NCBI GenBank assembly: GCA_951406725.2
Contig: OX597820.1
Coordinates: 19,096,001 to 19,160,000 of the forward strand
Reading direction: 5' to 3'
DNA length: 64,000 nt
DNA from: Octopus vulgaris
Taxonomy: Eukaryota
The position numbers and the translations under genes are program-made. Positions 47,776 to 62,419 of the stretch are shown in pieces. Below the pieces are notes generated by a model. It did no database searches, was not told where the DNA came from, and worked only from the letters and a program-made list of their open reading frames with translations. The first letter of the stretch is position 1, and each line of letters begins with the position of its first letter.

Positions 47776-49854
47776 TTAATAATGATGATAAGGATTAGGT
47801 CTCTAAATTTCTGGCTAGCTTTCTTGTTATTTCTTATTATTTCCTTTGGTTCGTACACATGGAATTGATATGGGTTTAGTTAATGTACAATACTCTCTGC
47901 CTCTCCATGTCTCTCTCTCTCTCTCTCTCCCCACACACACACACAAACACACATCATAATGGATGTAGCATATGTCCAGAAAGTCGCTCTTGTTATTTCT
48001 ACTCCCACTGTTTTTTTCAAGTACTTGAAGGGTGTACACAAAGGTTCCCTACTCTTGCCGCTACTGTTAATCATCAAATATACCCCAAGTTGTTTTTATT
48101 GCCCGTTCTTACTTCCTGGTCGATGTTGTGTCGCCTCAGTCATGTCTATATTCGAAATGTAAAAAACATCACATCCCATTTCTTTTACCCTAAAAAAATT
48201 CCCAGGCTTCTCAGTAAACTTTGCAACGATTAGACAAGTTTCCCACCCCTTGTGTCTCATTTTTATTGCTCCTCGTTAATATTAAATCACTGATAACCCT
48301 CCTTATTACTAATAGATATTATGTTAGTGGTCTCTGACTAACTTAGCACATGTTAGAATTCTCTTGATCTCACTAAAGCCTACTATTTAAATCAGTTTGT
48401 ATGAGTTGCGAATTAATTTTATTAATTTTCACTAGTGGTTACAATTAATAGTGCATTAAGTTAATGCGTGAGTAATATGAAGGATTTGTTCTGCATTTAT
48501 TATTTAAATATAGTTAATTAGACCAACCATATGAATGCTTTACATTCAACTAGAAAATTTCAGTGTTGCACAGCTGTGTGGATTGTATAATTGGTGGCCA
48601 ATCACTACCAAGAAGTCGAAAATAAAGTTGGTTTGCTCCTAGTATAATTTGGACTATAGAGTGGACTATATTTGTGGTTAGTTATTTAATAAGCATTGTT
48701 AACTAAATCACATCTAAAATATTACACATATATTCATAAATTATTTCACACATTGGAACTTAACTGTCATCAGGCAAGCTGGAAGAATTATCAGCACACT
48801 GCTTTGTGGCATATTCTGAGTTCAAATTCCACTGAGGTCAACTTTACCTTTCATCCTTACTGCGTTGATGAAATAAGTACCAGTTGAACGCTGGGGTCTA
48901 TGTAATTGATTAGCCCCTACTTCTAAATTTCAGTCCTTGTGCCTATAATATAAGGGGTTATTCATTTGTTAACCAAAATGTCTACCAAATATTTTCTTTT
49001 TCTGTGGTTACCTGCAACTCGCAAATTATGACATGGCTCAGGTGTGGCTATGTTGTTAAGAAGCTTGCTTCCCAACCATGTGGTTCCAGGTTCAGTCCCA
49101 GTGTGTGATACTTTGGGCAAGCGTCTTCTGCTATAGCCCCAAGCCAACCAAAACCGTGTGGGAGGATTTGGAAGATGGGGAAACTATGTAGAAGCCCATC
49201 GTGTATATGATATACATATATTTGTGTGTGTGTGTGTGTGTGTGTGTGTACTCTTGTCTTGAAGCTACATGATGGTTGTAAACAAGTATGTTATTTGTTT
49301 AAAGTTTTCTGTGAAAAAAATATCTGGCCATAAGGAAATAATACCTTGCTTGAAGACAGGTGAGGGTTGGTGACAGGAAGAGTATCCAACCATAGACAGT
49401 CTGCCTCAACAATTTCCGTTGTCTGACCCATGCCAGCATAGAAGAATGGACTTTCAAAAAAATAAAAATATATGAACAAAAATAAAATAAAACGAATATT
49501 TCTAAACGTAAATATTACACCGTCTTAGTATGTGCTGTAAATAATTGCGGGTGATGAGAAAGCATGGAGAGAGTTTTGAAATTTTGTGATTGACTTGTTT
49601 GGAAAATAATCTTCTGTTTTAAAAGATGCCATTAACTTTTTGTATTCAGTGGCATAATTCCATAGGAGTTAGAAGCAATATATCCAACATAAGCCTTTTT
49701 CTTGAAATTTTCATGTTTCCCTTTGATCTTTCAGAGTTGCTTCCACCTCTTGTAAACAATCCTATAAAACGTTTTTGGTATTTAACTTTGAGCATCAATA
49801 AGTAAATGTGGTTTAATCTGGAGCTATACTTTGTTAAATATAAAACAACTTAAG

Positions 49855-50085
49855 TCGGCAAGCTGGCAGAAATGTTAGCATGCCGGGCGAAATGCGTAGT
49901 CGTATCTCATCTGCTGTTATGTTCTGAGTTCAAATTCCGCCGAGGTCAACTTTGCCTTTCATTTTTTTGGGGTCGATAAATTAAGTACCAGTTATGCACT
50001 GGGGTCGATGTAATCGACTTAATCCGTTTGTGTTTCCTCGTGTGTTCCCTCTATGTTTAGCCCCTTGTGGGTAGTAAAGAAATAT
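49855..50085 (+). mobile_element. SINE family C, full length
   Basis: GGCAAGCTGGCAGAAATGTTAGCA head, conserved core, AAAGAAATA tail. Confidence 0.85.
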
Positions 50086-51141
50086 AAAACAACTTTAGAA
50101 AGTGTCTTAATTTTGGGGAAAAAAAAATGGATCTTTTGTAAATCCTCATCATCATCATTTGACATCCGTTTTCGATGCTGGTGTGGCTATGATGGTTTGA
50201 CAGAAAGTAGCAAGTCAGAAGACTGCACCAAGCCCTACTGCCTGCTTTGGTAGGATTCCTGCAGCTGGATGCCCTTCCAAATACCAACCACTCCGAGAGT
50301 GTAGTGGGTGCTTTTTACGTGCCACCAGCACGGGGGCCAGTCAGGCAGCACTGGCATCGACCACGCTCGAGTGGTGCTTTTTACGTGCCACTGGCTCGGG
50401 AGCCAGTCAGGCGGCACTGGCAACGACCATGCTCAAATGGTCCTTTTTACATACGGCACATAATTCACAAATGTGTATGACCTTGTAGTAGCCTGTACCA
50501 TGCGGCCGCTGCTTATCATAGGTTCCTATGTCATCTTGAACAAGCTTAGACTTCCTCTTGGTCCTTTCATCCTTTATCCGGTAGAACATTGTCAACAAGA
50601 CAACTGGACGGAGAGAGAGAGAGAGAGAGAGAGCTGCATCAGAAGTCAGCTAACACTTATTTTCAGCTCAGTGGGCTGGAACAATGTGAAATGAAGTGCC
50701 TTGCTGAAAGATGCAATGCAGATACAGGAATCAATCCCTTGACCTTATGATCATTGGTGCAACTGTGTTGGCCCCTAAACTGTATGTCTGTACATGCAAC
50801 AGTTAACGATAGGTTAAATGATTTTAAAGGGTTTCTGGCTATTTGATAGGTCTCTCTTTTGTCTTATACTTTTATGCATTAGAGCACTCCACAGACACGT
50901 GTACCCTTAACGTAGTTCTTGGGGAGATTCAGCGTGACACAATGTGTGACAAGGCTGGCCCTTTGAAATACAGTAATTACTGGAGCACTGCTTTAAAGGC
51001 TCTAGTTGAACGAGCTGACACAGTAATTAGTTTGGTACTTATTCCATCAGTATCTTTTGCTGAAATGCTAAGTTATGGAGATATAAACAAACCCACACTG
51101 GTTGCCAAGTGGTAGGCAGGTGGGGACACATAGATACAAAG

Positions 51142-51172
<31 letters not shown>

Positions 51173-52049
51173 AATGATGGGTTTCCATCTACCAGAGTCG
51201 CTCACAAGGCATTGATCAACCTTTAGGGTATAGTAGAAGATACTTGCCCGAGGTGCCGTGAAGTGGGACTGAACCTGAAACCATGTGGTTGGGAAGCAAG
51301 CTTCTTAACCACAAAGTCATCAGTGTCTTTCGTATTCAGATATATTCAGTTGATTCTGTGGTTTGCTCCTGTTTGGCCAGATACCATGCTAAGTTGTAAA
51401 CAGAAGAATCGTGTTGGCACCAAGCCAACTTTTGGAGACAAACTATTGTTGATAGAGTTGTTATTCTTGTTAGACTTAAAGGGACAAAAGGCAGAAATGA
51501 ACTCCTTAACTCTTGAAAGCTTTGAATTTGAAACTAAATAGAAATGAAACAAAACCCATTTAATTTGGCACTACTATTTCTGCTGACTGGTAATTAGAAG
51601 ACAATAATTATATTTAAAGCCATATTTTCTCAAAGAAATATTTTATATTAATATAGAAACATTTCATATTAACACACATTATGTAAAATTTTCTTAAATG
51701 GAAAATATTCTCTTTCAAAGAAATTATGCTTGATAAATCACATACATATATAAGTAACTAATTATATTTTCTTTGCTTTATTCGCGTTTATTTCATTTTC
51801 ATTATAATAATTGTATTTTCTTTTTTGTTTGTGTTTTCAAAAACAAATCACATTTTCTATTGTAAATTAATTGCTTTGCTGTGGTAATAATGTATGTGAA
51901 ATATATTGATGCACACACACACATATTCTGCTTGAAAATCTTGTTTCGAAACAATAAAGCAATTTTCTTACTATTTTGCGTAATCTTTTTGATGTCGGGG
52001 GAATGTAAATAAATGGGCTAACATTTTGCTGTTAAAATCTCCTTTATAG

Positions 52050-52409
52050 CAGTTTAGCTGGATAGCATCGATACCCAGGCCGACTGATAACATTGTTGTC
52101 GTCAAGGAAAAATAGATTTCAACTAAGCAGATTGCTTTGCTATCAGATGAACACAATGTGTTTCATTCTTATCACCGATACCGATGCATGAGGGGAAAAG
52201 AAGAAAAAAAATAATAACACATTTCTGACAAAACTATACTATTATTGCATCAGTTTGTATGTTAAAATAATTGCACTCTGTGATATTAAATGTTAGAAAA
52301 ATATTCCGAGATAACCATCATTTTTCTGCATTGTTGGGAAAAATCTTTACGATGTGTACAAGATACGAGGAAAAGTTCTCGTCTTCAGCCATATCGCAGA
52401 TGGAGGAGG
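52050..52409 (+). other. Candidate exon with possible translation start
   Basis: Branch-like GCTAAC at about 52017, TAGCAG acceptor at 52047-52052, donor GAGG|GTAAGT at 52410, local CpG retention. ATG 52290 is open for 40 codons to the donor and ATG 52352 for 19 codons + 1 nt. Confidence 0.45.
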
Positions 52410-54152
52410 GTAAGTATTGGTTCGATAAAAATCACGAAGAATCATTGATAAAAATCAATATGCTGATTGGGGTGTGATTTCCCCATGCCTCCCCACCACC
52501 CCTCCTCCACTCAATTATGTTTATTTCGCTGTTGTATCTCAAAGAGCATGTAATTCATATTTTTATTTATATAGTAGCAATAATAATGCAACGGATGAAG
52601 TGTGTGCTGCTTACCAGCCCAAGAATGTAAAGCACCACCAGTATCTATCTTAAGCCTCCAGCAAAGGCATTCCTTTCAATAGCCTGGGCCACCTGGTTAC
52701 TGTAGATTAGCTTGCAGGAGAAGATTCTGTTCATTGCTGTTGGCTTGGTATAATTGTTTCTGATTTTGGCATGAGGCCAGTAAATTTTGTGAGAGAGGGA
52801 AGATTAGTTGATCAACCGTTTTCTTATTATATTCCTGTTTAAATACACTGACTTAGTTTCAAATGATTTTGAAAATAATGAAAATTTTAGTAAAATAACT
52901 TTTGCCCTTATTTAGCTGGTGCTTGGGGCATAAATTAACATGAAATTTCATTGGAAGGGTTTATTTTGAATCACTTTAATCCTTCAACATTTAAACCAGC
53001 CATATGAGACCCAAATATTCTACCTGTTTTATGCTCAAAGTGGCGAGATCCTGCTTCTCACACCTATTCTGCAATGTCATTCTAAAAATAAACAATCACA
53101 TCATTGAAATGTCAGAGCTATAAGATAATACATAATTGATTTAAAACAATGAAAATTAATAAGTATGACAGAGAAATCTGAGTGCTAAAGGGAAGTTTAT
53201 TTCATAGAACTAGGGGTGTGGTCCCATGAAGGGTAGTATCAAAAAAGTACTTAATTGATTTTTTTTTTTTTTGGTTGACCCAGGATGGATGAAAGTCTAA
53301 GTTGATCTTGACTGGATTAAAACTGCGGGATATTTTTTCCAGTGCTCTAACAATTCTACAAGTGTTTTTTCTGTTACCATTTCCCATTTGAATGGTTTCT
53401 TTCAAAGAGGAAGGACAGTATTCTTCACCTTTAAGCAAGTTATCAGCTCTCAGTAGTGGAAAAGAGAGGAAGAATCCATGATGCATAACTGTTACTGTGA
53501 CTAAGTAGGTGACATTGCATCAAGATTTTCGGTTATCTCCACACTGGAGACTGGCTCTGAAAGAATGGCCTTTTCTATACAGTAATAACATGCTAGTTTA
53601 AACACCTGTGCTGGTGCCATATAAAAAGCATCTATGCTGGCATCATGTAAAAGGCATCCATGCTGGTTCCACATAAAAAGCATCTGTGCTGGTGCCATGT
53701 AAAAAAAACACCCAGTACACTCTGTAATGTGGTTGGCATTAAGAAGGGCATCCAGTTGTAGAAACCTTTGGTGCCTGGTGCAGCTCTCTGGCTTGCCAAC
53801 TTCAAAAACAGGTGTTAAATGATGTTGATGACTTCCATTGAAATAGAGTAATCCCTTGACTATCGTGGGTGTTACATTCCAAAAGCCCCACGACAGGTGA
53901 AAATCTTTGAAGTAGAAACATTACTGTACTGTATATATATATTTCTTTTATTTTTATAATTTGTATATATTTTTATAATTTGTATATAATTTGTATATGC
54001 CCCCTTTTTCTCTAACCCCCCTCCCATGCACCATCCTCTTTGAACCAGTGCCAATTAGGGGGTGGTAGTGCCCACTTTGAGAATCTATGGGTTACAGCTT
54101 CAAAACACCATTTCTATGTAACTGTGTTTGACTCATTACAGGAAATTTAAAG

Positions 54153-54522
54153 CAGTTGTTCTCGACCATTCTTTTACCAATGGACTCCTTCGATTACTAT
54201 TTTATTCCGGTGGAAACCCATAGCCATTTGATGTTTAAAAGCTAGTTTTATTGATACTTGTTTCAAAGTTTCTATTATGTTTTTCACACATTCACTTCTG
54301 TAGGTTTGCAAAGAACTCTCCAAGAGAGATTTTCTCAACGGCCGGAAACCTGTTGAATTTGTAAAATATTAGAGGAACAAATCTGGTTGTTTCTTGTAAT
54401 AAATACATCTAAAAGGCAAAATTTATTCATGGACCCTTAAAAATAACTACTGTGGATCCTTGTTTTACTACTTTGCTTGTGCAACCCCAAAATCCTATCT
54501 GGACCCCTGTTGAGAATCACAA
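54153..54522. mobile_element. hAT (Charlie-like) MITE
   Basis: Ends CAGTTGTTCTCGAC and GTTGAGAATCACAA. 8-bp TSD ATTTAAAG / ATTTGAAG. Confidence 0.7.
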
Positions 54523-54651
54523 ATTTGAAGTATAAGAAACTTAATCTTAATTGGTTTTGTATATTTTGGCCATCCAGCTTGTCTGATGAACCTTTTTATA
54601 AAACCATAAAATAATGACAGTTCTGTTATACTTCAAATTACTCAAGCATAA

Positions 54652-54693
54652 TTATCTGTCTGTCAGTCTGTTTATGTGTCTACTATCTATCTA

Positions 54694-54730
<37 letters not shown>

Positions 54731-55008
54731 TTATCTATCTATCTATGTCTGTATGTCTGTCTGTCTGTCTGTCTATGCCTGTCTCTCTCTCTATCTATAT
54801 CTGTCTGTCTATATCTATCTATCTATGTCTGTCTGTCTATCTATGCCTGTCTCTCTCTCTATCTATATCTGTCTGTCTGTCTGTCTATCTATCTATGTCT
54901 GTCTATGTATCTCTGTCTATCTGTCTCTCTATCTCTCTATCTATCTATCTATCTATCTATCTGTCTGTCTATGTTTATCTATTCTGTTCTATCCTATATG
55001 TCTGTCTG
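54652..55008. repeat. Compound (TCTG/TCTA)n tetranucleotide tract
   Basis: Direct reading. Confidence 0.9.
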
Positions 55009-55605
55009 TTGAAAGAAATGGAACTTTATGTATTTACATATGTGTGTGTGTGTGGCTGTATGTGTTTATGCCCAGCCCCCACTGACTGACAACCAGTGTT
55101 GGTTAGTTTACATCCTCCTATTTTTGCAGTTTGACAAAAGTGGCCAAATGAATAAGGATCTGGTATAAAAAAAATATAAATACTGGGCTTGATTTCTTCA
55201 ACTAAATCCCTTAAGGCATTGCCCCAGCATGGCCACAGTCAAATAACTGAAATGAGTAAAAGATATATTCTAAAATGTTTAACTCTAGCTTTCACATTAT
55301 TCTGTTCAAATATAATCCTTATTTATTCAAAGCTGTTTACTTTAAAAATGACATTGTAGGGCAGGTGTGAGGAGCTGGATCTGGCCAGTTTAAACATTAA
55401 CCCTTTAGTGTTCAGATTCTTCTGTCAAATATAATCCTTATTTATTCAGAACTGTTTTGAATTAATTGTGCAGTATCTCATAGCTTTGAGAGTTTGATGA
55501 TGTGTTAGTTTATTTTTAGAATGGCATTCTAAGATATAGACATTGTAGGAGGTTAGATTTGGTCAGGACCTGGCCAGTTTGAACATAAAACAGGCAGAAT
55601 ATTTG

Positions 55606-55835
55606 GGCGAGCTGGTAGAAATGTTAGCACGCTGGACGAAATGCTTAGCGGTATTTCGTCTGCTGTTATGTTCTGAGTTCAAATTCTGCTGAGGTCGACT
55701 TTGCCTTTCATCCTTTCGGGGTCGATAAATTAAGTACCAGTTATGCACTGTGGTTAATATAATCGACTTAATCTCTTTGTCTGTCCTTGTTTGTCCCCTC
55801 TATGTTTAGCCCCTTGTGGGCAATAAAGAAATAAG
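55606..55835 (+). mobile_element. SINE family C nested in a family H MITE
   Basis: AGAATATTTGGGC occurs on both sides (about 55596 and 55834), consistent with a TSD. Confidence 0.8.
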
Positions 55836-56940
55836 AATATTTGGGCTGGATATGACTGGTTTGAATGCTAAAAGTTTAAGTGAAGAAAATTCAAGTTTGG
55901 ATATGTAAAAGATGCATGGTTCTAATAAGAGATTCTTTTTTATTTTGGTTATTAACAAGATGAGATGATAAATTATTAATCTGTTAAATATTCAGTTTAT
56001 ATAGATTGAATATAATTTAATAAAATATTCTTTTACTTGCAAAATACGCCAAACAGAATAATGTACAGAAAATGTAGTGTCTTTTGCTGTTGTTTTTAAA
56101 ATCACTAGCACTTTTAATTAATTAATTAATTAACTTGATTTTCCCCCCCGAACTTTATTTCTGAAGGGAATCTGCCTGAGGACACGGACAGATGTTTCCT
56201 TGTATGTCTCCTTCTAACAAAGCAGAATTCATTTTTCTGCACAAATATTTCCTCTTTTCTCTCTTCTCCGCGTTTGCGTTTGCGTGAGTTGACGATGGCT
56301 GACAAATTTTTTTGGTGAATATCAGAGAATTGTCTGCTGTTTTCCCTTCAAGTGAACTTCAGCTCATTTCTACTCCACACTGTTCCCTATTAAGTCAAGC
56401 TAATACATTCCCCGACCTTCCTTCTCTTTCTCACCCCCACCAGCAAAATCTCTCATTGCTTCAAATGCCAATGATATTATTTTCTTCTTCTTCTTTTTAG
56501 CAAATTAGCAGCATGCATGTAAAATACTAGGCAGTGTGTATCAGCCTATATTTAACAAATATCTTTTTAAAAAATGTTTAAGATGATGGATTCTATTTAT
56601 TTATTTTATGCGTTTATTTATTTATATTTTTTTTTCCTCCTTTGAATTCTTAACAAAATTATAATAGAAAGCTAGAATTATTTGGAATGTTCCTTGTTAT
56701 AGTTCCCTGGGGCACTGAAATAAAGTATCTCCAATAAGAACTGTTGTTTATCTGTTTCTGAATCCTCCGTCTTTGAACATCTAAATCTAAGTTTCTCCTT
56801 CCCTAAAGCCATTTTACTATCTGTGATCCATGCTTATTGATAATGTTCATTCCATATATTTATCTATTCAATTGCTGTTAATAATAATAATAATAATGAT
56901 GATGACGATAATAATAATAATAATAATAATAATGATGACG

Positions 56941-56977
<37 letters not shown>

Positions 56978-57061
56978 TAATAATAATAATATTAATAAGA
57001 ACGACAACAATGACAATACGAACAAGAAAGTCACGCAATAAAGATATTTTACTGTCTGTTG

Positions 57062-57096
<35 letters not shown>

Positions 57097-57299
57097 TGCA
57101 TGCATGTGGGGTTTTTTTTTTTTTGTTTTTAGAGAACATTTCGAATAACATGTATCCTCTTTCGTGGATTTAAGGGAAAACACAAGTAATTGCCAGATTC
57201 TTAAAAAAGTATCTTAAAATCCCTTTTCCTCCTTCCTACTTCACAAATCAAGAAAATAAACTCCTTTGGTTTTAATTCCCTGACATGAGACGAAAAGTC

Positions 57300-57573
57300 T
57301 ACTTATACATACACAAGTACCTACATACATACATGTATGCATGCATTTATGTATGTATGTATGTATGTATGTATATATGTGTGTGTGTGTGTGTGTGTGT
57401 AGATATGTATATATATGTGTGTGTGTGTGTGTGCGTGTGTGTGTATGTATGTATATATATATATATACTCTTTTACTCTTATGTATATATATATATGTAT
57501 GTATATATATATATGTATGTATATATATGTGTATATATGTATGTATATATATATATGTATGTATATATGTATG

Positions 57574-57606
<33 letters not shown>

Positions 57607-57757
57607 ATATATATGTATATATATATGTATGTATATATATGTATATATATATGTATGTATATATATGTATATATATATGTATGTATATATATGTATATAT
57701 GTATATATATATATATATATGTATATATATGTGTATATATATGTATGTATATATATG

Positions 57758-57796
<39 letters not shown>

Positions 57797-57891
57797 GTAT
57801 GCATATATATGTATATATATATGTATATATATGTATATATAATATATGTATATATATATATGTATATATATGTATGTATATATTTATATTA

Positions 57892-57966
<75 letters not shown>

Positions 57967-57968
57967 AT
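57300..57968. repeat. Long compound (TA)/(TG)/(TATG) microsatellite; similar tracts at 17020-17400, 22735-23058, 41670-41918 and 43020-43400
   Basis: Direct reading. Confidence 0.95.
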
Positions 57969-58467
57969 TTTTGCTTTGAAATATAAATTTCAAACTTATG
58001 TATTGTTTTTCTGACCCTGTCTCAACATGTTCATGAGAAAAATCTGGCAGATATTACAGGGTACTTCTAATGCAAGGCATGGCTTGTAATTGTCATTTGT
58101 CACTCGCCTAAACTTGGGTGGGGAGGAATTCAATCTTTTGTTTTTTTCATTTGTTATTTCTCTCAGTCTTTATTCATCATTATTCATTTGGAGGTTGTTT
58201 TTCTCTCTCCCCCCCCCACGTTTGTTTATCTGTTGTAGATATTGTTATTTAGGGAATTCTTTATTTCATATTCATCATATTTTTAATTGCTAGGTTATTT
58301 TTAGAATTTCATTGAAAAATTTCGAGAATTTTACTGTAAACAAGAATTGAAATAAATTTAGTTTGTATAGTGTGGTATGGAATATGTTTCTGTAGAGTTT
58401 TAGCAATCACTATATATAGAGTGGTGTAAATACTTTGTGTCTTAGCTAGAATTAGACACACACATAT

Positions 58468-58627
58468 AGGCACAGCGTGGCTGTGTGGTAAGAAGCTTGC
58501 TTCCCAACCACATGGTTCCAGGTTCAGTCCCACTGTGTGGCACCTTGGGCAAGTGTCATTTGCTATAGCCTTGGTCCAACCAAAGCCTTGTGAGTGGATT
58601 TAGTAGCTGGAAACTGAAAGAAGCCTG

Positions 58628-58698
<71 letters not shown>

Positions 58699-58890
58699 TA
58701 TGTTTGTCGTCCCCCCCATTGTTTGACAACTGATGTTAGCGTGCTTATGTCCCTGTAACTTAGTGATTCAGCAAAAGAGCTTGATAGAATAAGTACTAAG
58801 CTTACAAAGAATAAGTCCTGGGGTTGATTTGTTCGACTAAAAGTCAGTGCTGCCACATGGCCACAGTCAAATGACAAACAAATAAAAGTA
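58468..58890 (+). mobile_element. SINE family B, full length
   Basis: Family B head, internal (TA)n(TG)n and tail. Confidence 0.85.
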
Positions 58891-59930
58891 TAACTCTCTC
58901 TCTCTCTCTCTCCCTCTCTCTCTCACACGCATATATATGTACATAAACAAACACACACACACACACACTCACACACATATAGATAGATCTAAACACTTCA
59001 TCACTTAACCAGAACTATCTTCATCATCATTGTTTTAATGTAGAAGACACTTGCCCAAGGTGCCACAGAGTGATCTTGAACCTAGAACCATGTGGTTGGG
59101 AAGCGAAATTCTTACCACACAGCCAAGCTTGTGTCTATATGTCTATGTTTTTTTTTTCATTCGTCAACGTTGTGCGACTTGCCTGTAATTAATTGAACTA
59201 ACTGCCAAGAATGTGTTTTATATGCAAATTGATCTTACCCAGTTTTATTAAGCTCTGGTAGTGGGGTTTATACAAATATCTCTGAACTGTTCAAGAGGTA
59301 TGGCTGTGTGGTTTAAGAATCTTGCTTCCCGACCACATGGTTCTTGGGTTCAATCCCACTGCATGGAACCTTGTACAAGTTTTTTTCCTTTTACTTTAGT
59401 CTTCGGTTGGCCAATTCTGTGTTGGCAGAAACTATGTGTAAGCCCATTATGTGTGTGTGTATTTGTGTTTTTGTTGCTCACCCCCCTCACGACCGCATGA
59501 CAATGGGTGTTAATTTGTTGGTGTCTCTGTAAATTGGTAGCTCACTAGATGAGACTAATAGAATAAATACCAAACATAAAACTAAGTATTGAGTGGTGTC
59601 CTTATCTTGATTGTTGCTTTTGCTATGCTCCAGCCTTCTTCAGGTGTCTTGTGATTCACTTTTGTACCTTGCCTAGGATTGAACTCAGGACCTCTACATG
59701 ACTGCGCTTCATTAAGCAATGCCTTTATCCATTTCACTGTGCCTGTAGTGAAAGCAATAATCAAGATGAGGTCATACTGTGACTAATACAATACAAAAAA
59801 ATTCCTTATCTCAAAAATATAGAATTGGGGTTGATTGGTTTGTCTAAACTCTTCTGGGCAGTTCCCCAGCATGGTCACAGTCCAATAACTGAAATAGATA
59901 AAAGATAAAAGTATCTCTCTGGACAATTAA

Positions 59931-60061
59931 CCTTTAGCATGCGGAAAGCGAAGCATGTCACCACACAAGTTCTCTTCCCTGTAGTTGCAGACACCTTGTG
60001 TTGCATTGAGAGGGGGAGAAAACTTGTACAGCAACATGATTCACCTTCAGTGTGCTAAAGG
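59931..60061. mobile_element. TTAA-flanked hairpin MITE
   Basis: TTAA|CCTTTAGCA...TGCTAAAGG|TTAA with further internal inverted similarity (ACAAGTTCTCTTCCCT / AGGGGGAGAAAACTTGT). Confidence 0.7.
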
Positions 60062-61584
60062 TTAAATAGGATACTCAGTTGGTGATGAAGTCCCAGCACA
60101 AGATTGAAACTAGTCTGGCTCTCCCTCTTTCTATATCCCCTAAAATATTGTATATAAGGACAAGGTATTTACATACAACATTAGCTAAAAGTTTAGGGAT
60201 ATATTATGCTATAAAACAAAGCATTGAAGTAAAATAACATTAACAAACCACTAATTTATTAATCAAATTAATTGCGAAGAATGACTTCTATACTTAAATT
60301 GGGTCATCTAATTTACTTAAATCTCTTAAATTTTAAACAGTATTTCCATGAACAGTAAAGTGGATATTTAGTCACTAATGAAGTTCTAACGAATTGAAAC
60401 GAATGCTTAACAGATTAAAACTAATGTAACAACTCTTTTTTTTTTTTTTCGCTCTCCGTACATACAAGGTTGGCTTAAAATCATTTGATATATTTTATAT
60501 AGATATACATCAATTTATCTATAGATATATTTTATTCATTTCAAAGCTATAATCGGCTATAAAATATATCTATAGATATATTTTATAGTTGAGTATAGCT
60601 TTGAAACGTAACATACCAATAAGTTTTCAATATGATATTATATTCTCAAGGCGGAGAACTGGCAGAATTGTTACTGCACTGGAAAAATTGCTTTGTGACA
60701 TTTCTTCTGACTATGTGTTCTGAGTTCAAATGGTGCTGGGGGTTGACTTTGCCCTTCGTCCTTTCAGGGTTGGTAAAATAACACCGGGGTCAAAGTAATT
60801 GATTTGCTGCCTCTCCATAATTGCTGGGCTTGTACCAAAATTTGAAATCAATGTAATATTGTATTGTACTTGTAGATATTGTGTCCTTTGAACCATGACT
60901 GGATTTTGGGAACTTAGGTGCAGGCGTGGCTGTGTAGGAAGAAGCTTGCTTCCCAACCACATGATTCTGGGTTCAGTCCTACTGTGTGACACCATCGGCA
61001 GGTATCTTCTATTATAGCCTCAGGTCAACCAAAGCCTTGTGAGTAGATTTGGTAGATGGAAACTGAAAGTCCAGGGGTCAATTTGTTTGGCTAAAAGACG
61101 GTGCTCCAGCATGGCCACAGTCAAAATGACTGAAACAAATAAAAGAGTAAAAAAGAACTGAATTACTGTGGTAAGGAAACAGAAAAGGGAACGTTATGCT
61201 TAAACTGGACCACAAGTCATCAGTTGAGCAAAGGCTCAGGCTGGAAACTGAAAGCCTCAGGCTGGAAACTGAAAGAAGCCCGTCATGTTTCTATATATAT
61301 ATATATATATATCATCATTATCATCATCAGTGTGTGTGCTTTTTTTTCTGTTCTTGTCCTCCCCACCACCACCACTTGAGAACCAGTGTTGATGTGTTTA
61401 CATCTCCAAAACATAGCAGTTTGGCAAAAGAGGCCAATAGAATTAAATACCAGGCTTTAAAAAAAAAAAAAAAAAAAAAAAACCCTTTGGGTCAATTTGT
61501 CCAACTAAAGAGAAACCCTTCGAGGTGGTGTTCCAGCATGGCCACAATCAAATGACTGAAACAAGTAAAAGATAAAAAAAAAAG

Positions 61585-61985
61585 GTGGCTGTGTGGTAAG
61601 TAGCTTATTTACCAACCATATGGTTCCGGGTTCAGTCCCACTGCGTGGCACCTTGGGCAAGTGTCTTCTACTATAGCCTTGGGCTGACCAAAGCCTTGTG
61701 AGTGGATTTGGTAGACGGAAACTGAAAGAACCCCATTGTATATATGTATATATATATATGTATGTGTGTGTTTGTGTGTCTGTGTTTGTCCCCCTAGCAT
61801 TGCTTGACAACCGATGCTGGTGTGTTTATGTCCCCCGTTACTTAGCGGTTCGGCAAAAGAGACCGATAGAATAGGTACTGGGCTTACAAAAGAATAAGTC
61901 CCGGGGTCGAGTTGCTCGATTAAAGGCTGTGCTGCAGCATGGCCGCAGTCAAATGACTGAAACACTTAAAAGAGTAGAGTAAAAG
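61585..61985 (+). mobile_element. SINE family B, full length
   Basis: Near-consensus copy. Confidence 0.85.
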
Positions 61986-62419
61986 AGATTGAAAATATCT
62001 GGGATTATATAAACTTAAGCTTGTCAGTATTTTCTTGCAAATCCTATCATAAAAGCATTAATTTTTAAAATGTATTTGCTTTGTCTTATCCTGGATGGAA
62101 ATAGTCTGCCCTCCCTTAATTGCTACCACATGCTCCAAGAAATTTTCAAATTCCGTTTAGAAAACATTGCTTGACATTCTACATAATTTTCAGCTCATCT
62201 GAATTATGAATTCCTGTGATTAATTCCCATGATATACAGAAATGTTTACTCTTTTCCATAATTTCTTCCAAATTCTTACCAGTCTTATTGTCTTTCTCAG
62301 TTGCCCGCCTTTTCCTTCCAATGTTGTGTGGAGAGGAAAAAAAAAAAAAAAAATAATAATAATAAAAAAAAAATGAAAGAAAAACTTCTCAAAGTCCCAA
62401 GAGTGATGCTTGATTAGAT

